Of a DNA stretch of 64,000 nt, positions 45,727 through 55,470 are shown in pieces. This DNA is from Clostridium sp. CAG:343 (GTDB lineage: Bacteria > Bacteroidota > Bacteroidia > Bacteroidales > Marinilabiliaceae). A program made the position numbers and the translations under genes. The stretch spans positions 12,127 through 76,126 of the forward strand of contig CAVEKX010000005.1 of assembly GCA_963616565.1 (NCBI GenBank), given 5' to 3'. The notes beneath the pieces were generated by a model, which was given only the letters and a program-made list of their open reading frames with translations, did not search any database and was not told the origin of the DNA. Positions within the stretch are counted from its first letter, which is position 1. The number at the start of each line of letters is the position of its first letter.

Positions 45727-48402
45727 TTAGAAAATCGAGTGGAAGGTGACGGTCATCTCCATCTTGTCGGTGAAGCCAAGCTCCTTGATGACATCGCCGT
45801 CGGGGGTGCCGAATGCGCAGCCAGCGGTCTTGGTAGCACCGTAGCAGTTCCACAACTCGAGACGATAGTTAGGCGACTCGTTGGAGTCGATAACCTTGGA
45901 GGAGTCGAAGGTTACCTCCTTGCCGTCGATAGAGAGGGCATCGAGGGTAGCGTGGAGGGCAGGGAACTGAGCGTAGACATTGTTCACCTGGAAGAAAGAC
46001 ATGATGGTACCACCTGTGTAGTCGATATCGGAGGTGAAGGTGATCTTGAACGTCTGAGGCACGAAGGTGTAGGTGTGGGTCTCAGAATCGAAGCCGATCT
46101 TGAGAGTCTGGCCATCAGTCCAACTCCAATCACAGCCCCAAGATGAGTTGCAAGTGATGAAGGAGATGGGGATCTCGACAGAAGATTCGGAGATAGCAGG
46201 GTTGAGGATAATGGAGTAGTTGACCTCGATGCTCTCGGAGCAGGACACTGCAGGCTCGGAGTCGTCGAGCTGCTCAGTGTTGTTGCTGAACGGGCTGCAA
46301 CCGACCTTGTGGGTGCCAGAGCCCCAGATGTTGAAGAACTCAACACGATAGTTATCAGCATTGTCGATGGCTCCGTAGTGGAACTTGGCAGCGTCGTAGG
46401 TGACATCCTTGCCGTCGGCCTTCATGGAGTTGATGACGACAGCGCAGCCAGGGAAACGCTTAACGAGACCGACGAAGTCGAGGAGGAAGACCTTGGCGCC
46501 GTTCATAGCCCCCTCCCACTTAGCAGTGGCGGTGAAGATGCCATTGGGAGCGGACTCGATCTCGGAAGGAGAGTAGGAACCGACGACATCGCCCCAAGAG
46601 CCACCCCAGTCGCCGCCGACAGTCATCATGCTGACGTTGATGGCCTGATGGTCATCGCGAACCTTCTTAGTGATGTACTGATAAGCGAGAGAGCAAGCAC
46701 CTTCACCGGAGAGATCGGGATCGCGGAGGATGGCGATCTGCATGGACGTCTCAGTGAGGGAGAAGATCTTGAGGTTGGTCTTGGCGGAGAGGGTGAGGTT
46801 GTTGAAGTTGCCGAAACCGAGGATGTCGATGTCGAGAGAGATGGTCTTGTTTACGTTGTCGATGGTGTAGTTGCCAGTCTCGTCGACGTAGGAGACAGTC
46901 TCAGTGCCGTCCTCAGCGGTCGTCTTGACGCGACGGTGGATGTTGACGGTGCCGTCCTTGTTGAAGGTCATGGTGCCATAGTCGGCAGCATCGCCGAGCC
47001 AAGTATTCTCAGAATATTTAGGAGTCCAGTTCCTGTGGTCGCCACTGACATAAGGCTCGTTGTTAGTGATGTTTGCCCAGCAATCGTCGGTTCCGTAGAA
47101 GCCGAGAGGACCATCCCATACGTAGGATTCACCAGATTCGGTGATGTCGAGAACCCAAGTCGTGGCGAGGAGGGCCTTGTCGATGGCAATGTTCTTAGCG
47201 ACGGTGACGGCGCGGACGGAGAGAGCCTGGAAGCGAGGAGTCGTGGTCTTGTCATTGGAGCCATTGGCGAACTCGTAGCTGATGGCGAACTCGGACTTGG
47301 AGGGGTTGACAGAGCCGGTGAGGTAGAGACCCTTTACGCCTTCCTCGGTGACGGTGTTGCCAGTGCGGCTACCTGCGGCTGGGAGGAAGATGGAGTTGCC
47401 GTTGGGGCCAGTGAATTGGCAACCCTTGACACCATTGACCTCGGTCCACTCGACTTCGCAGTTTTGGAAGAGCTCCTCGAACTCGTCGGCAGAAGGCATG
47501 GTTGCCTTGCCGTCGAAAGCCTTGAAAGCTACGTCGTTAGCGGTCTTGTAGATATCTGTTGCGATGGTGTAGTCGGAGATGACTTTAGAGTTGGTCACGC
47601 CATAGAGGTCGCCGAAAGAGAAGAGGCCGCCAAGTTCCTCGGGCTGTTGAGCACCGACGTTGTACTTGGCCCACTTGGTGGAGAGACCGAGGTCGACAAA
47701 GATGTCATCGACGTTGACCTCTACGGTCTTGGTGGTGAACTCCTTAACGTCGCCGAAGATCTCGCCAGTGCCGAGGTCGAGGTAAGCGGCGTAGTAGTAG
47801 GTAGCGCCAGGGAGGAGGCCTGCCTTATCGACAGAGATGGAGGCGATGTCGGAAGCCTGGACTTTGAGACCAGCGCGGACAGCCTCGACATCGTTGGACG
47901 CAGCGATGACGACACCTGCGGTGGCCGTTGCGGGAGCGTCGGTCGTAGCGCCGCCGATGGTGACGGAGTTGACGTCGATGTTAGAGGCGTCGGCAGTGGT
48001 GATCTTGGCGTTGGTTGTGGTGAGGCTCTTGACGTCGCCCTTGTAGGTCAGTTTCTTCTGGAGGGTGACGAAAGCCTGATAGTAGATGACGTCGCCCATC
48101 GTGAGGCCGTCGATGTCAGCAGTGATGGTCTCGCCGTCGAGAGAGCCGGTCACAGAGTTGGTGAGGGCGTTTTCGGAAGAGCCGTAGTAGAAGCCGACGG
48201 TGTAGGCGGAAGAGGACTGGCTTTGGAGTCCTTTGACGGTACCATTGAGGGTGGCGGAAGTTGCCGTCACGTCGCTGGAGCCCGTAGAGACGCCCTGAAC
48301 GAGGACGCCAGTTGCTGCGGAATAGTCATCATCGTCTTGGCACGACAGGGCGGAGAAGCCGAGCGCGAGCGACATGATGCCTGCGAATATTTTTGTCTTC
48401 AT
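45727..48402 (-). CDS. Large multidomain surface lipoprotein (putative surface glycan-binding protein) with Ig-like repeats and a DUF1566/FISUMP-like lectin-type module
   Basis: 891 aa with lipobox FSALSC. Two repeats of about 90 aa (ATLNGTV..YY.AF / ..YYYAAY). FVDLGLSTKWAKYNVGA..GGLFSFGDLYG...MPSADEFEEL...NGNSIFLPAAGSR matches the DUF1566/FISUMP pattern. The C-terminal 450 aa are unassigned. Confidence 0.7.
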   Translation of the reverse strand: MKTKIFAGIMSLALGFSALSCQDDDDYSAATGVLVQGVSTGSSDVTATSATLNGTVKGLQSQSSSAYTVGFYYGSSENALTNSVTGSLDGETITADIDGLTMGDVIYYQAFVTLQKKLTYKGDVKSLTTTNAKITTADASNIDVNSVTIGGATTDAPATATAGVVIAASNDVEAVRAGLKVQASDIASISVDKAGLLPGATYYYAAYLDLGTGEIFGDVKEFTTKTVEVNVDDIFVDLGLSTKWAKYNVGAQQPEELGGLFSFGDLYGVTNSKVISDYTIATDIYKTANDVAFKAFDGKATMPSADEFEELFQNCEVEWTEVNGVKGCQFTGPNGNSIFLPAAGSRTGNTVTEEGVKGLYLTGSVNPSKSEFAISYEFANGSNDKTTTPRFQALSVRAVTVAKNIAIDKALLATTWVLDITESGESYVWDGPLGFYGTDDCWANITNNEPYVSGDHRNWTPKYSENTWLGDAADYGTMTFNKDGTVNIHRRVKTTAEDGTETVSYVDETGNYTIDNVNKTISLDIDILGFGNFNNLTLSAKTNLKIFSLTETSMQIAILRDPDLSGEGACSLAYQYITKKVRDDHQAINVSMMTVGGDWGGSWGDVVGSYSPSEIESAPNGIFTATAKWEGAMNGAKVFLLDFVGLVKRFPGCAVVINSMKADGKDVTYDAAKFHYGAIDNADNYRVEFFNIWGSGTHKVGCSPFSNNTEQLDDSEPAVSCSESIEVNYSIILNPAISESSVEIPISFITCNSSWGCDWSWTDGQTLKIGFDSETHTYTFVPQTFKITFTSDIDYTGGTIMSFFQVNNVYAQFPALHATLDALSIDGKEVTFDSSKVIDSNESPNYRLELWNCYGATKTAGCAFGTPDGDVIKELGFTDKMEMTVTFHSIF

Positions 48403-48426
48403 ATTGAAATCGTCTTATCAGTTTCC

Positions 48427-48461
48427 CCAAAAGCCCCGGCAGGGCAGGACACCCTGCCGGG
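48427..48461 (-). terminator. Hairpin plus short T-run after the 648-aa lipoprotein gene
   Basis: 10-bp stem cccggcaggg / ccctgccggg. On the - strand it is followed by GCTTTTGG. Confidence 0.45.
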
Positions 48462-48487
48462 ATAATGGAGGAAAAGTGAAAGTGTCT

Positions 48488-50434
48488 CTACTCAATTGTA
48501 ATATTGACTTCGCCAGTGATAGCAGGGTTGCCGTCGGCGTCGTACTCGAACTCACAGAGGTTGTGAGCGTCGGTGTAGTTGGAGTCGGTCTGGATGACGA
48601 TCTGGAGAGAGCCGTCGGAGAAATCGGCAGCAGCGCCGGTGTTGTTGGTGAGAGAGATGGTTGTCTCACCGCCCTTGTTGATCTCAACAGCGTCGCCCTC
48701 GGTAAAGTCGGTCCAGCTGGAGCCAATGCCGAGACCGTCGACATTATGGCGGAGCATGGCGAAAGGCTTAGCGTCGTCATTCCAAGTAAGACCGCTTGTG
48801 ATCTTGAAGGTGACCTTCATGGTCTTGTTCTTCTTGAGCTTGAGCTGCTTGATGTTGACAGCGTCGGTTGGGCCGCCCCAAGTGGAGTAGATGGTGACGC
48901 GGACTGCCTTGCCGCCGGTGTCACCGAAGCCCCAGCTGATCTTGGACTGGTCGACCTTAATCTCAACGGGGCCCGTTGTGCCACCGCTTACGACTTTTTG
49001 GTTGAGCTTGACGAACTTGTATTTGGTTACTTGCTCGAAAGCGTTGGTCTCGTTGGCGATGGAGAAGTAGAACTCGTTGTCGTTGACGGAAGCCTTGGTC
49101 ACGGTAATCTCCTTAGCCTCGAAAGCGTCGACATCGGTGAAGAAGGAGAGGTACTTATCGAACTTGAGGGTGTTGCCGTCGATGGTGAAGTTGCCCTTGG
49201 TGTCGGTGTCCTCGACCTCGTAGGAGTAGGTGCCATCGGAGTTCTTGGTAAGGATAAGGGCGTAGTCCTCGATCGGGGTGAGAGCAGGATACCATACCTT
49301 CGTGCCGTAGTCATCCTCGGAGCTTGCCTCCCAAGCCTCGCTTGCGCCGTTCCACCAATAGTAGCCGTAGGGCTGGTCTGCATTGATGTTGAAGGTTACG
49401 GAGCTGAGGGTCGCGGTTACGCCATTGATGTCTTGCTGGAAGAGTGTCTCGGCGAGGTTGAGGTCCTCAATGGCAGTTGGGGTCTTGGCGGAGATGTCCT
49501 CCTCCTCGACGGGGATTTTGACAGTTCCGTTCTGGACATCCTCTGCGATGAAGTTCCAGATGAGCCACCAAGCGCCCTCGCTGTTGGTACGCATGGTTGC
49601 GAGCTGGAGCATGTAGGGGGTGAGCTCGACAATCTGGATATCTTTCGTGTAGTTGCTACAAACTTCATCGAAGCCGACATTGTGGAGCGCGAAAGTACCG
49701 CCGTTGAAAGAGATTACAGGGTGTGTCTCGTCGTCGAGGTTGAGGCTGAAGGCTCCATCGTAGGTCTTGTCCTCGTCGCCACGATACATCTTGAGGGTAC
49801 AACCCTTAGTTGCATCGAGACCGAACTCCATATAGGAATCCATGTAAGGGCTGGTAGCAGGGATGAGCCAATCTTGGAAACCAGGGTCCCAGTTGGGTTT
49901 GAAGCCCTCGAAGGTGAGGTTGGAGCTACCGCTACCATCGTTCATTACATCATCGGGGTTGCAGTACATGATAGGACCAGTGCAGTTGCCAACACCATAA
50001 TCCTTATCGACAGGCACCCAACGCTTCGTCTTGCCGACGCCGCCAGCGAGATACTCCCACTTAGGATCGCTAAGCATGGAGAAGTCGTTGAGGGTAACGG
50101 TGAAGGTGTATGGAGCACCGTAGACAATGCCGGCCTCGGTACCAACGCCGAAGGTGACGGAATACTCACCCGCGAAGGGGAGCTTGATGTCGAGGCTCGC
50201 CTGCTGGCTTGTAGCGCCGTCGGTGAGGATCCACTCAGGCGTAACGCCCTTGACGGACGAGGAGAGGTGGATGATATTGGGGTTGCTCTGGTCGGCAACG
50301 ACGGTGTAGTTGACACCCTGCTGGAGGTCGTCGGCCGTATAGGCTGCGCCGCCGAGGCTGTACTCATCGGGCTGGCAGGCAACCAGACCGAGGAGCGCGG
50401 CCGATAGGGATATGGATAAATATCTGAGTTTCAT
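48488..50434 (-). CDS. Surface lipoprotein of unknown function (putative surface glycan-binding protein)
   Basis: 648 aa with lipobox GLVAC, immediately downstream of SusD. No catalytic motif recognised. Confidence 0.7.
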   Translation of the reverse strand: MKLRYLSISLSAALLGLVACQPDEYSLGGAAYTADDLQQGVNYTVVADQSNPNIIHLSSSVKGVTPEWILTDGATSQQASLDIKLPFAGEYSVTFGVGTEAGIVYGAPYTFTVTLNDFSMLSDPKWEYLAGGVGKTKRWVPVDKDYGVGNCTGPIMYCNPDDVMNDGSGSSNLTFEGFKPNWDPGFQDWLIPATSPYMDSYMEFGLDATKGCTLKMYRGDEDKTYDGAFSLNLDDETHPVISFNGGTFALHNVGFDEVCSNYTKDIQIVELTPYMLQLATMRTNSEGAWWLIWNFIAEDVQNGTVKIPVEEEDISAKTPTAIEDLNLAETLFQQDINGVTATLSSVTFNINADQPYGYYWWNGASEAWEASSEDDYGTKVWYPALTPIEDYALILTKNSDGTYSYEVEDTDTKGNFTIDGNTLKFDKYLSFFTDVDAFEAKEITVTKASVNDNEFYFSIANETNAFEQVTKYKFVKLNQKVVSGGTTGPVEIKVDQSKISWGFGDTGGKAVRVTIYSTWGGPTDAVNIKQLKLKKNKTMKVTFKITSGLTWNDDAKPFAMLRHNVDGLGIGSSWTDFTEGDAVEINKGGETTISLTNNTGAAADFSDGSLQIVIQTDSNYTDAHNLCEFEYDADGNPAITGEVNITIE

Positions 50435-50478
50435 TGTTCTATTCTGTTAGAATGAGAAATTAAACATCCCGTGGCGGC

Positions 50479-52167
50479 TTACCAGCCGGCATTTTGGGTG
50501 AGGACATTGCCAGAGAGAGTGATCTCGGAGCTTGGGATCTGGAAGAGACCCTTCTTGGCGGTCATGTTAGACGCGTCGAAAGAGGTCGTGGCCTCGACAT
50601 TGCCGTTCTTGACAGCGATGCCGTTCTGCATCTTGGAGATCTGCTCGGCAGCGTAGGAGCCACCCTTGCCGTAGCGGAGGAGGTCCCAGTAGCGGATGCC
50701 CTCGAAAGCGAGCTCTTGTGCGCGCTCGGTACGGAGAGCGTCCTCAGAGTAGGCGGTAGCGGTCTTGCCAGCGCGGAGCTGAACCTTGTTGAGACCAGAG
50801 GCTTCTTCTTTCAGCTCGCTCTGCATGAGGAGGACATCGGCGTAGCGGATGATGGTCATGTCGATGTAGTAGGTGATGTTCATGTGCTTCTCACCAAGGA
50901 CGAAGGCAGCGGCCTCGCGAGTGCCATCGGCGAAGCAGAGAGGAGCGTACTTCTTGATGCCGTAGCCGGTGTACTCGTAGGTGTCATTGACACAGTTGGA
51001 GAAGTTGCTCTGCGCCTCAAAGCCGTTGGTCTTGTAGTTGACGACGCTGTGGGTCATGCGAGGGTTGGAGAACTGCTCGACGAAGCGAGGGTTGGGCACG
51101 CAGATACCCCAGCCGGTGGCGAATGGAGGGCATGCGCTGTTACGAGTGCCGAGGAAGACCTGGACAACGTTGCCGCCAGAGCGTCCGTTGTAGTCCTGGG
51201 TGGTGTTACACTTCAGGTTGAGGACGAACTCCTTGGAGAGGCCGTTCTGACCAGCGTGCCAGCCGTCGGCATTGTAGTACTTGCCAGCGTAGGTGGTAAC
51301 CCACTCGTAAGAGGTTTCATCCTTGTAGGTTGTGCAGGCAGGCATCCAGAGGTCGGCGAAATTGGTCTCGAGCTCATAGCCGCCGTTTGCGACAACATCA
51401 TCGATGGCATCGATGGCCTCTTGCTTGGTGCAGGCCTCATTCTCCTCGCCGTAGTAGCCGGTGTAGAAGAGGTATGCGCGAGCGAGGAGGGCCTCGGCAG
51501 CGTATTTAGACATACGGCCGTCGGTAGCGTCGAGGTTACCGCCATTGTAGGCAGAACCAGGGATGTTGGCAGCCGCGTACTTGAGATCCTCAAAGATTTG
51601 GGTGAAGACCTCCTTGGCATCGGTGCGAGGGAGGTTCTCGTCGGTCGGGATGGTGATGAGGGGCACGTCGCCGAAGAGACGGGTGAGATCGAAGTAGAGG
51701 AGACCTCGGAGACCGCGCGCCTCGCCGAGGATACGACCGCGAGTTGTCTCGTCGCCATTCCAATTGATCTGCTCGTCATTGACGATAAGCTCGTTGCAGC
51801 GGAAGATGGCAGCGTAGTAGTTCTTCCAATCGGTCTGCCAAATGTTGTAGTAGCCGGCAGCCGCGCTCATGTCGAAGCGGTCGATGATGGAGTAGTTGCG
51901 GGCATCTCCGATGCCACCGCCAGCGAAGCACTCGTCGGATGCGATCTCGGAGGTGAGGTACATGCCTACGCCCTCGTCGCCAAGAGTGCGCTTCCAACCG
52001 TCGTAGCAGCCGATGAGGGCCATCTCGGCGGTTTCAGCATTGCTATATGCCGTCTCGCCGTTGAGGGTGGTCTTGGACGACGTCTCGAAGAAGTCGTCGT
52101 TGCAAGAGGCCAGAGCGAGAGCCATGGCTGTCAAGACGGCGGGTATGTAAAAACGATTCTGTTTCAT
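50479..52167 (-). CDS. SusD/RagB-family nutrient-binding outer-membrane lipoprotein
   Basis: Start at MKQNRFYIP (ATG 52167) with lipobox ALASC then NDDFFE. TPR-like helical N-terminal half (ALIGCYDGW, RAYLFYTGYYG). Directly downstream of SusC. Confidence 0.9.
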   Translation of the reverse strand: MKQNRFYIPAVLTAMALALASCNDDFFETSSKTTLNGETAYSNAETAEMALIGCYDGWKRTLGDEGVGMYLTSEIASDECFAGGGIGDARNYSIIDRFDMSAAAGYYNIWQTDWKNYYAAIFRCNELIVNDEQINWNGDETTRGRILGEARGLRGLLYFDLTRLFGDVPLITIPTDENLPRTDAKEVFTQIFEDLKYAAANIPGSAYNGGNLDATDGRMSKYAAEALLARAYLFYTGYYGEENEACTKQEAIDAIDDVVANGGYELETNFADLWMPACTTYKDETSYEWVTTYAGKYYNADGWHAGQNGLSKEFVLNLKCNTTQDYNGRSGGNVVQVFLGTRNSACPPFATGWGICVPNPRFVEQFSNPRMTHSVVNYKTNGFEAQSNFSNCVNDTYEYTGYGIKKYAPLCFADGTREAAAFVLGEKHMNITYYIDMTIIRYADVLLMQSELKEEASGLNKVQLRAGKTATAYSEDALRTERAQELAFEGIRYWDLLRYGKGGSYAAEQISKMQNGIAVKNGNVEATTSFDASNMTAKKGLFQIPSSEITLSGNVLTQNAGW

Positions 52168-52187
52168 AAGTTCAGTTCCTCCCAATT

Positions 52188-55100
52188 TTAGAATTTGAGA
52201 TTAAGACCTACGAGGTAGGTGCGAGGGTGAGGATAGTAGCCCATATCGACACCGCTTACCCAAGCGTCGGACGAGTTGCCGTCGTTGCCGTTGTAAGAGC
52301 CGATTTCAGGATCCATGCCGTCATACTTGGTGAAGGTGGCAAGGTTCTGTACCTGGACGTAGAGGCGGCACTGGCTGAGGTACTTCCAGGGGATGAGGGT
52401 CTTGAAGTCGTAGCCGAGGGTGACGTTCTGGATGCGGAAGTAGTCGCCGTCCTGAATATAGAGGTCGGAGAAGTTGCTCCAGTTGCCGTTGTCGCCAGCG
52501 AGGACGCGAGGAATCTTGTTGCTTGTGCCCTCGCCAGTCCAGCGGTCAAGGATGCGCTTGGTGTAGTTACCCTTGGAGCTGTTGGGGGAGCGGTAGCTCT
52601 GAACGATTTGGAAGTCGGCTGCACCGCTGCCTACTGCGCTAAGATCCCAACCCTTCCAGCTGATGCTGAGGTTGACGCCGTAGGTCCAGTTTGGGATGCC
52701 GTTGCCGAGGTCGACGCGGTCGCTCTCGTCGATGAGGCCATCATGGTTGACGTCGATGAACTTGACGTCGCCAGGGGCTACGCTGCTCTGGGCGATGCCG
52801 TTGCCTGCGGCGATCCAGTCGTTGATCTCCTGCTGGTTCTGGAAGATGCCGTCGGTCTTGAGACCCCAGAAGTAGCCGATAGCGTGGCCATTCTCAGCAC
52901 GATAGAATTCAGGAGCGTTGTCGAAGATCTGGTTGGTCTGACCGTGGATGATGCCGTCCTCGGTTGGGATTTCACCGACCTCGTTCTTGTTGTAGGCCAT
53001 GTTGGCACCGATGGTGTACTTGATGCCGTTGGAGAGCTGGGTGTTCCAGTTGATGGCGAGCTCGACACCAGTGTTGGTGACATCACCACCATTGATGATA
53101 GGACCGCCAGTACCTGCGGTGGAGAGGACAGGAGCCTGGACGAGCCAGTCCTTAGTGGTCTTCTTGTACCAGTCGAAGGTTACGCCGAGGCGGCTCTCGA
53201 GGAGGCGGAGGTCGAGACCGACGTTGATCTGCTCAGAGGTCTCCCACTTGACGTTGGAGTTAGCGAGACGCTCGACATAAGAGCCTGTGTTCCAAGCCTC
53301 TTGACCGCCGCCAGTACCGAAGTTGTAGTCGATGTTGCTGGTAGATACGGGAGCGAGGTACTGGTAGCAGTTGATGTTGGCGTTACCGACCTGACCCCAG
53401 CTTGCGCGGAGCTTAGCGAAGTCTACAACATTGCGGATGCCTTCCATGAAGTTCTCCTCGGAGAAGGTCCAACCTGCTGAGACAGAGGGGAAGAAGCCGT
53501 AACGGTTGCTCTTCTCGAACTTGCTGCTGGCATCGGCACGGAAGGTGGCGTTGACCATGTACTTCTCGTTCCAGTTCCAACCGACACGCGCGAAGTAGGA
53601 TGCGCCGCGGGTGCTGTCGTAGGGAGAGCCGGAGACGGACTTGCTTTGCGTGCCTTCGGTATTGTCGAGGTAGGCGTGAGTCCAGTCGTCGAAGCCTGCG
53701 ATGAGACCGGTGTTGTAGCCGCCGGTGCTGCCACCGTCATATTTGGACATCTCGGTACCGATGAGGACGTTCATCTGGTGCTCGTCGGCGATCTTGAAGT
53801 CGTAGCTTGCGGTGTTCTGCCAAACTTGGCTGATGCCGTTGCCTTGGCTCTGGCGAACCTTGCTCTCGGCGTAGGTGGACTGGTCTGTCGCGCTGAAGCC
53901 GTGGACACCATCTTTGCTGGTGTAGACGGGGGTGTAGGAGCGATATTCGCTGCCGCCGTAGCTGATGCCGTAGACGGTCTTAATCTTGAGGTTCTTGATA
54001 GGCTCAATCTGGGCGTAGACATTGGCGTCGACGCTCATGTTCTTGGTGCGGTTGTAGCGGTTGAGCATCATGACGGCGAGTGGGTTGCCATCGCCGTTGT
54101 TCCAAGTCTGGTTGGCTGCGGAGTAGTAGTTGTCAGTGCCCTCCTCGTAGACAGGAGAGAGAGGAGAGGTGACGTAGGCGCCGCGGATGTTGTTGTTGTA
54201 GATGTTGCCGGTGCCCATGCCGCGCTGCTCCTTGTATACGACGCCGACATGCTCGCCGACGGTAAGGAATCCGTCGTAGAGTTTGGACTCGGTATTGATA
54301 CGGAAGTTGTAACGATCGTAGTTGGAGACCTGCGAGCCGCCTATGATACCCTCCTGGCCCATGTAGCCGATGGAGAGGGCGTAGTTGGTGGTCTTAGAGC
54401 CGCCAGTGATGGAGAGGTTGTGGCTTTGGGTGACAGCGTTGTTGTCGATGATCTGGTCGAGCCAATCGGTATCGTTGATAGGCGTTCCGTCGGGGTTGAT
54501 GACATCGGAGTAGGAAGCCCAGTCGTAGGTCGAGTTGCCGCTGTTGAGGGCTGCCTCGTCCATGATGGTCATGTACTCGCGTGCGTTGAGAACCTCGTTC
54601 TTGCGGTAGATGCGCTGGAGACCGTAGTAGCCGTCGTATGCCACGACGCCCTTGCCTTCCTTGCCGCTCTTAGTGGTGACGAGGACGACGCCGTTAGCTG
54701 CCTGCGCACCATAGATTGCTGCGGAAGCTGCATCCTTGAGGACGTCGATGCTCTCAATGTCGGCAGGGTTGAGGGTGGTGATGTCGCCGCCGATGCCATC
54801 GATAAGGTAGAGAGGCTGGCTGTTGCCGACGGTACCGAGACCACGGATGGAGACGTTCATTGAGGAGCCTGGCTGGCCAGAGGTAGACTGGATGTTGACA
54901 CCAGGGGTTTGACCTTGGAGAGCCTGGAGGGCGTTGTTTGTGTTGAGCTTCTGGACGTCGTCGCCCTTGACCTGGACGGTAGCGCCCGTGACGAGCTTCT
55001 TCTTTTGGACGCCGTAGCCTACGACTACGACTTCGTCAAGGTCGGAAGCCTCCTCCTCGAGGGAGATTTTGATTGGGGCTCCGGAGTAGACAACCTCTTG

Positions 55101-55385
55101 GTTCTTGAAGCCGAGGAAGGAGAAGACGAGGGTCTTGCCGTTCTCGGTTTGCAGAGAGAAGTTGCCGTCGAAGTCTGTAATGGTGCCGATGGTAGTACCC
55201 TTGACCACGACATTGACACCAGGCAGAGGCAGACCGTCGGTTTTGGAGACGACGTTGCCCGTGGCGGTCTGGGACTGCGCGAGGCAGTCAGAGGCCACCA
55301 TGCCTTGGACACAAAGGAGCAAGGCAAGCAGCCACGCCGTCAGGGCGCACCTGCCACTTGTTTTGATTCTCTGATTGTTTATCAT
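52188..55385 (-). CDS. SusC-family TonB-dependent outer-membrane transporter (no STN domain)
   Basis: Start at MINNQRIK (ATG 55385). Signal peptide, CarboxypepD_reg-like GNVVSKTDGLPLPGVNVVVKGTTIGTITDFDGNF, DEVVVVGYG TonB-box region, plug, and a large barrel ending in NLKF. Confidence 0.92.
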   Translation of the reverse strand: MINNQRIKTSGRCALTAWLLALLLCVQGMVASDCLAQSQTATGNVVSKTDGLPLPGVNVVVKGTTIGTITDFDGNFSLQTENGKTLVFSFLGFKNQEVVYSGAPIKISLEEEASDLDEVVVVGYGVQKKKLVTGATVQVKGDDVQKLNTNNALQALQGQTPGVNIQSTSGQPGSSMNVSIRGLGTVGNSQPLYLIDGIGGDITTLNPADIESIDVLKDAASAAIYGAQAANGVVLVTTKSGKEGKGVVAYDGYYGLQRIYRKNEVLNAREYMTIMDEAALNSGNSTYDWASYSDVINPDGTPINDTDWLDQIIDNNAVTQSHNLSITGGSKTTNYALSIGYMGQEGIIGGSQVSNYDRYNFRINTESKLYDGFLTVGEHVGVVYKEQRGMGTGNIYNNNIRGAYVTSPLSPVYEEGTDNYYSAANQTWNNGDGNPLAVMMLNRYNRTKNMSVDANVYAQIEPIKNLKIKTVYGISYGGSEYRSYTPVYTSKDGVHGFSATDQSTYAESKVRQSQGNGISQVWQNTASYDFKIADEHQMNVLIGTEMSKYDGGSTGGYNTGLIAGFDDWTHAYLDNTEGTQSKSVSGSPYDSTRGASYFARVGWNWNEKYMVNATFRADASSKFEKSNRYGFFPSVSAGWTFSEENFMEGIRNVVDFAKLRASWGQVGNANINCYQYLAPVSTSNIDYNFGTGGGQEAWNTGSYVERLANSNVKWETSEQINVGLDLRLLESRLGVTFDWYKKTTKDWLVQAPVLSTAGTGGPIINGGDVTNTGVELAINWNTQLSNGIKYTIGANMAYNKNEVGEIPTEDGIIHGQTNQIFDNAPEFYRAENGHAIGYFWGLKTDGIFQNQQEINDWIAAGNGIAQSSVAPGDVKFIDVNHDGLIDESDRVDLGNGIPNWTYGVNLSISWKGWDLSAVGSGAADFQIVQSYRSPNSSKGNYTKRILDRWTGEGTSNKIPRVLAGDNGNWSNFSDLYIQDGDYFRIQNVTLGYDFKTLIPWKYLSQCRLYVQVQNLATFTKYDGMDPEIGSYNGNDGNSSDAWVSGVDMGYYPHPRTYLVGLNLKF

Positions 55386-55462
55386 AATACTTTTTAATTG
55401 ATTTATGATCAACGGCTCTCTGACATCAGGAAGGTACACACCGTTCGCCAAAGAAACCGAAG

Positions 55463-55470
55463 CAAAATTA
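55463..55470 (-). promoter_or_regulatory. Candidate -7 box (TAATTTTG on the - strand) upstream of SusC
   Basis: The + strand reads caaaatta within aagcaaaattaaggttca. A near-identical block sits upstream of the paralogous SusC at 63797-63804. Confidence 0.4.
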
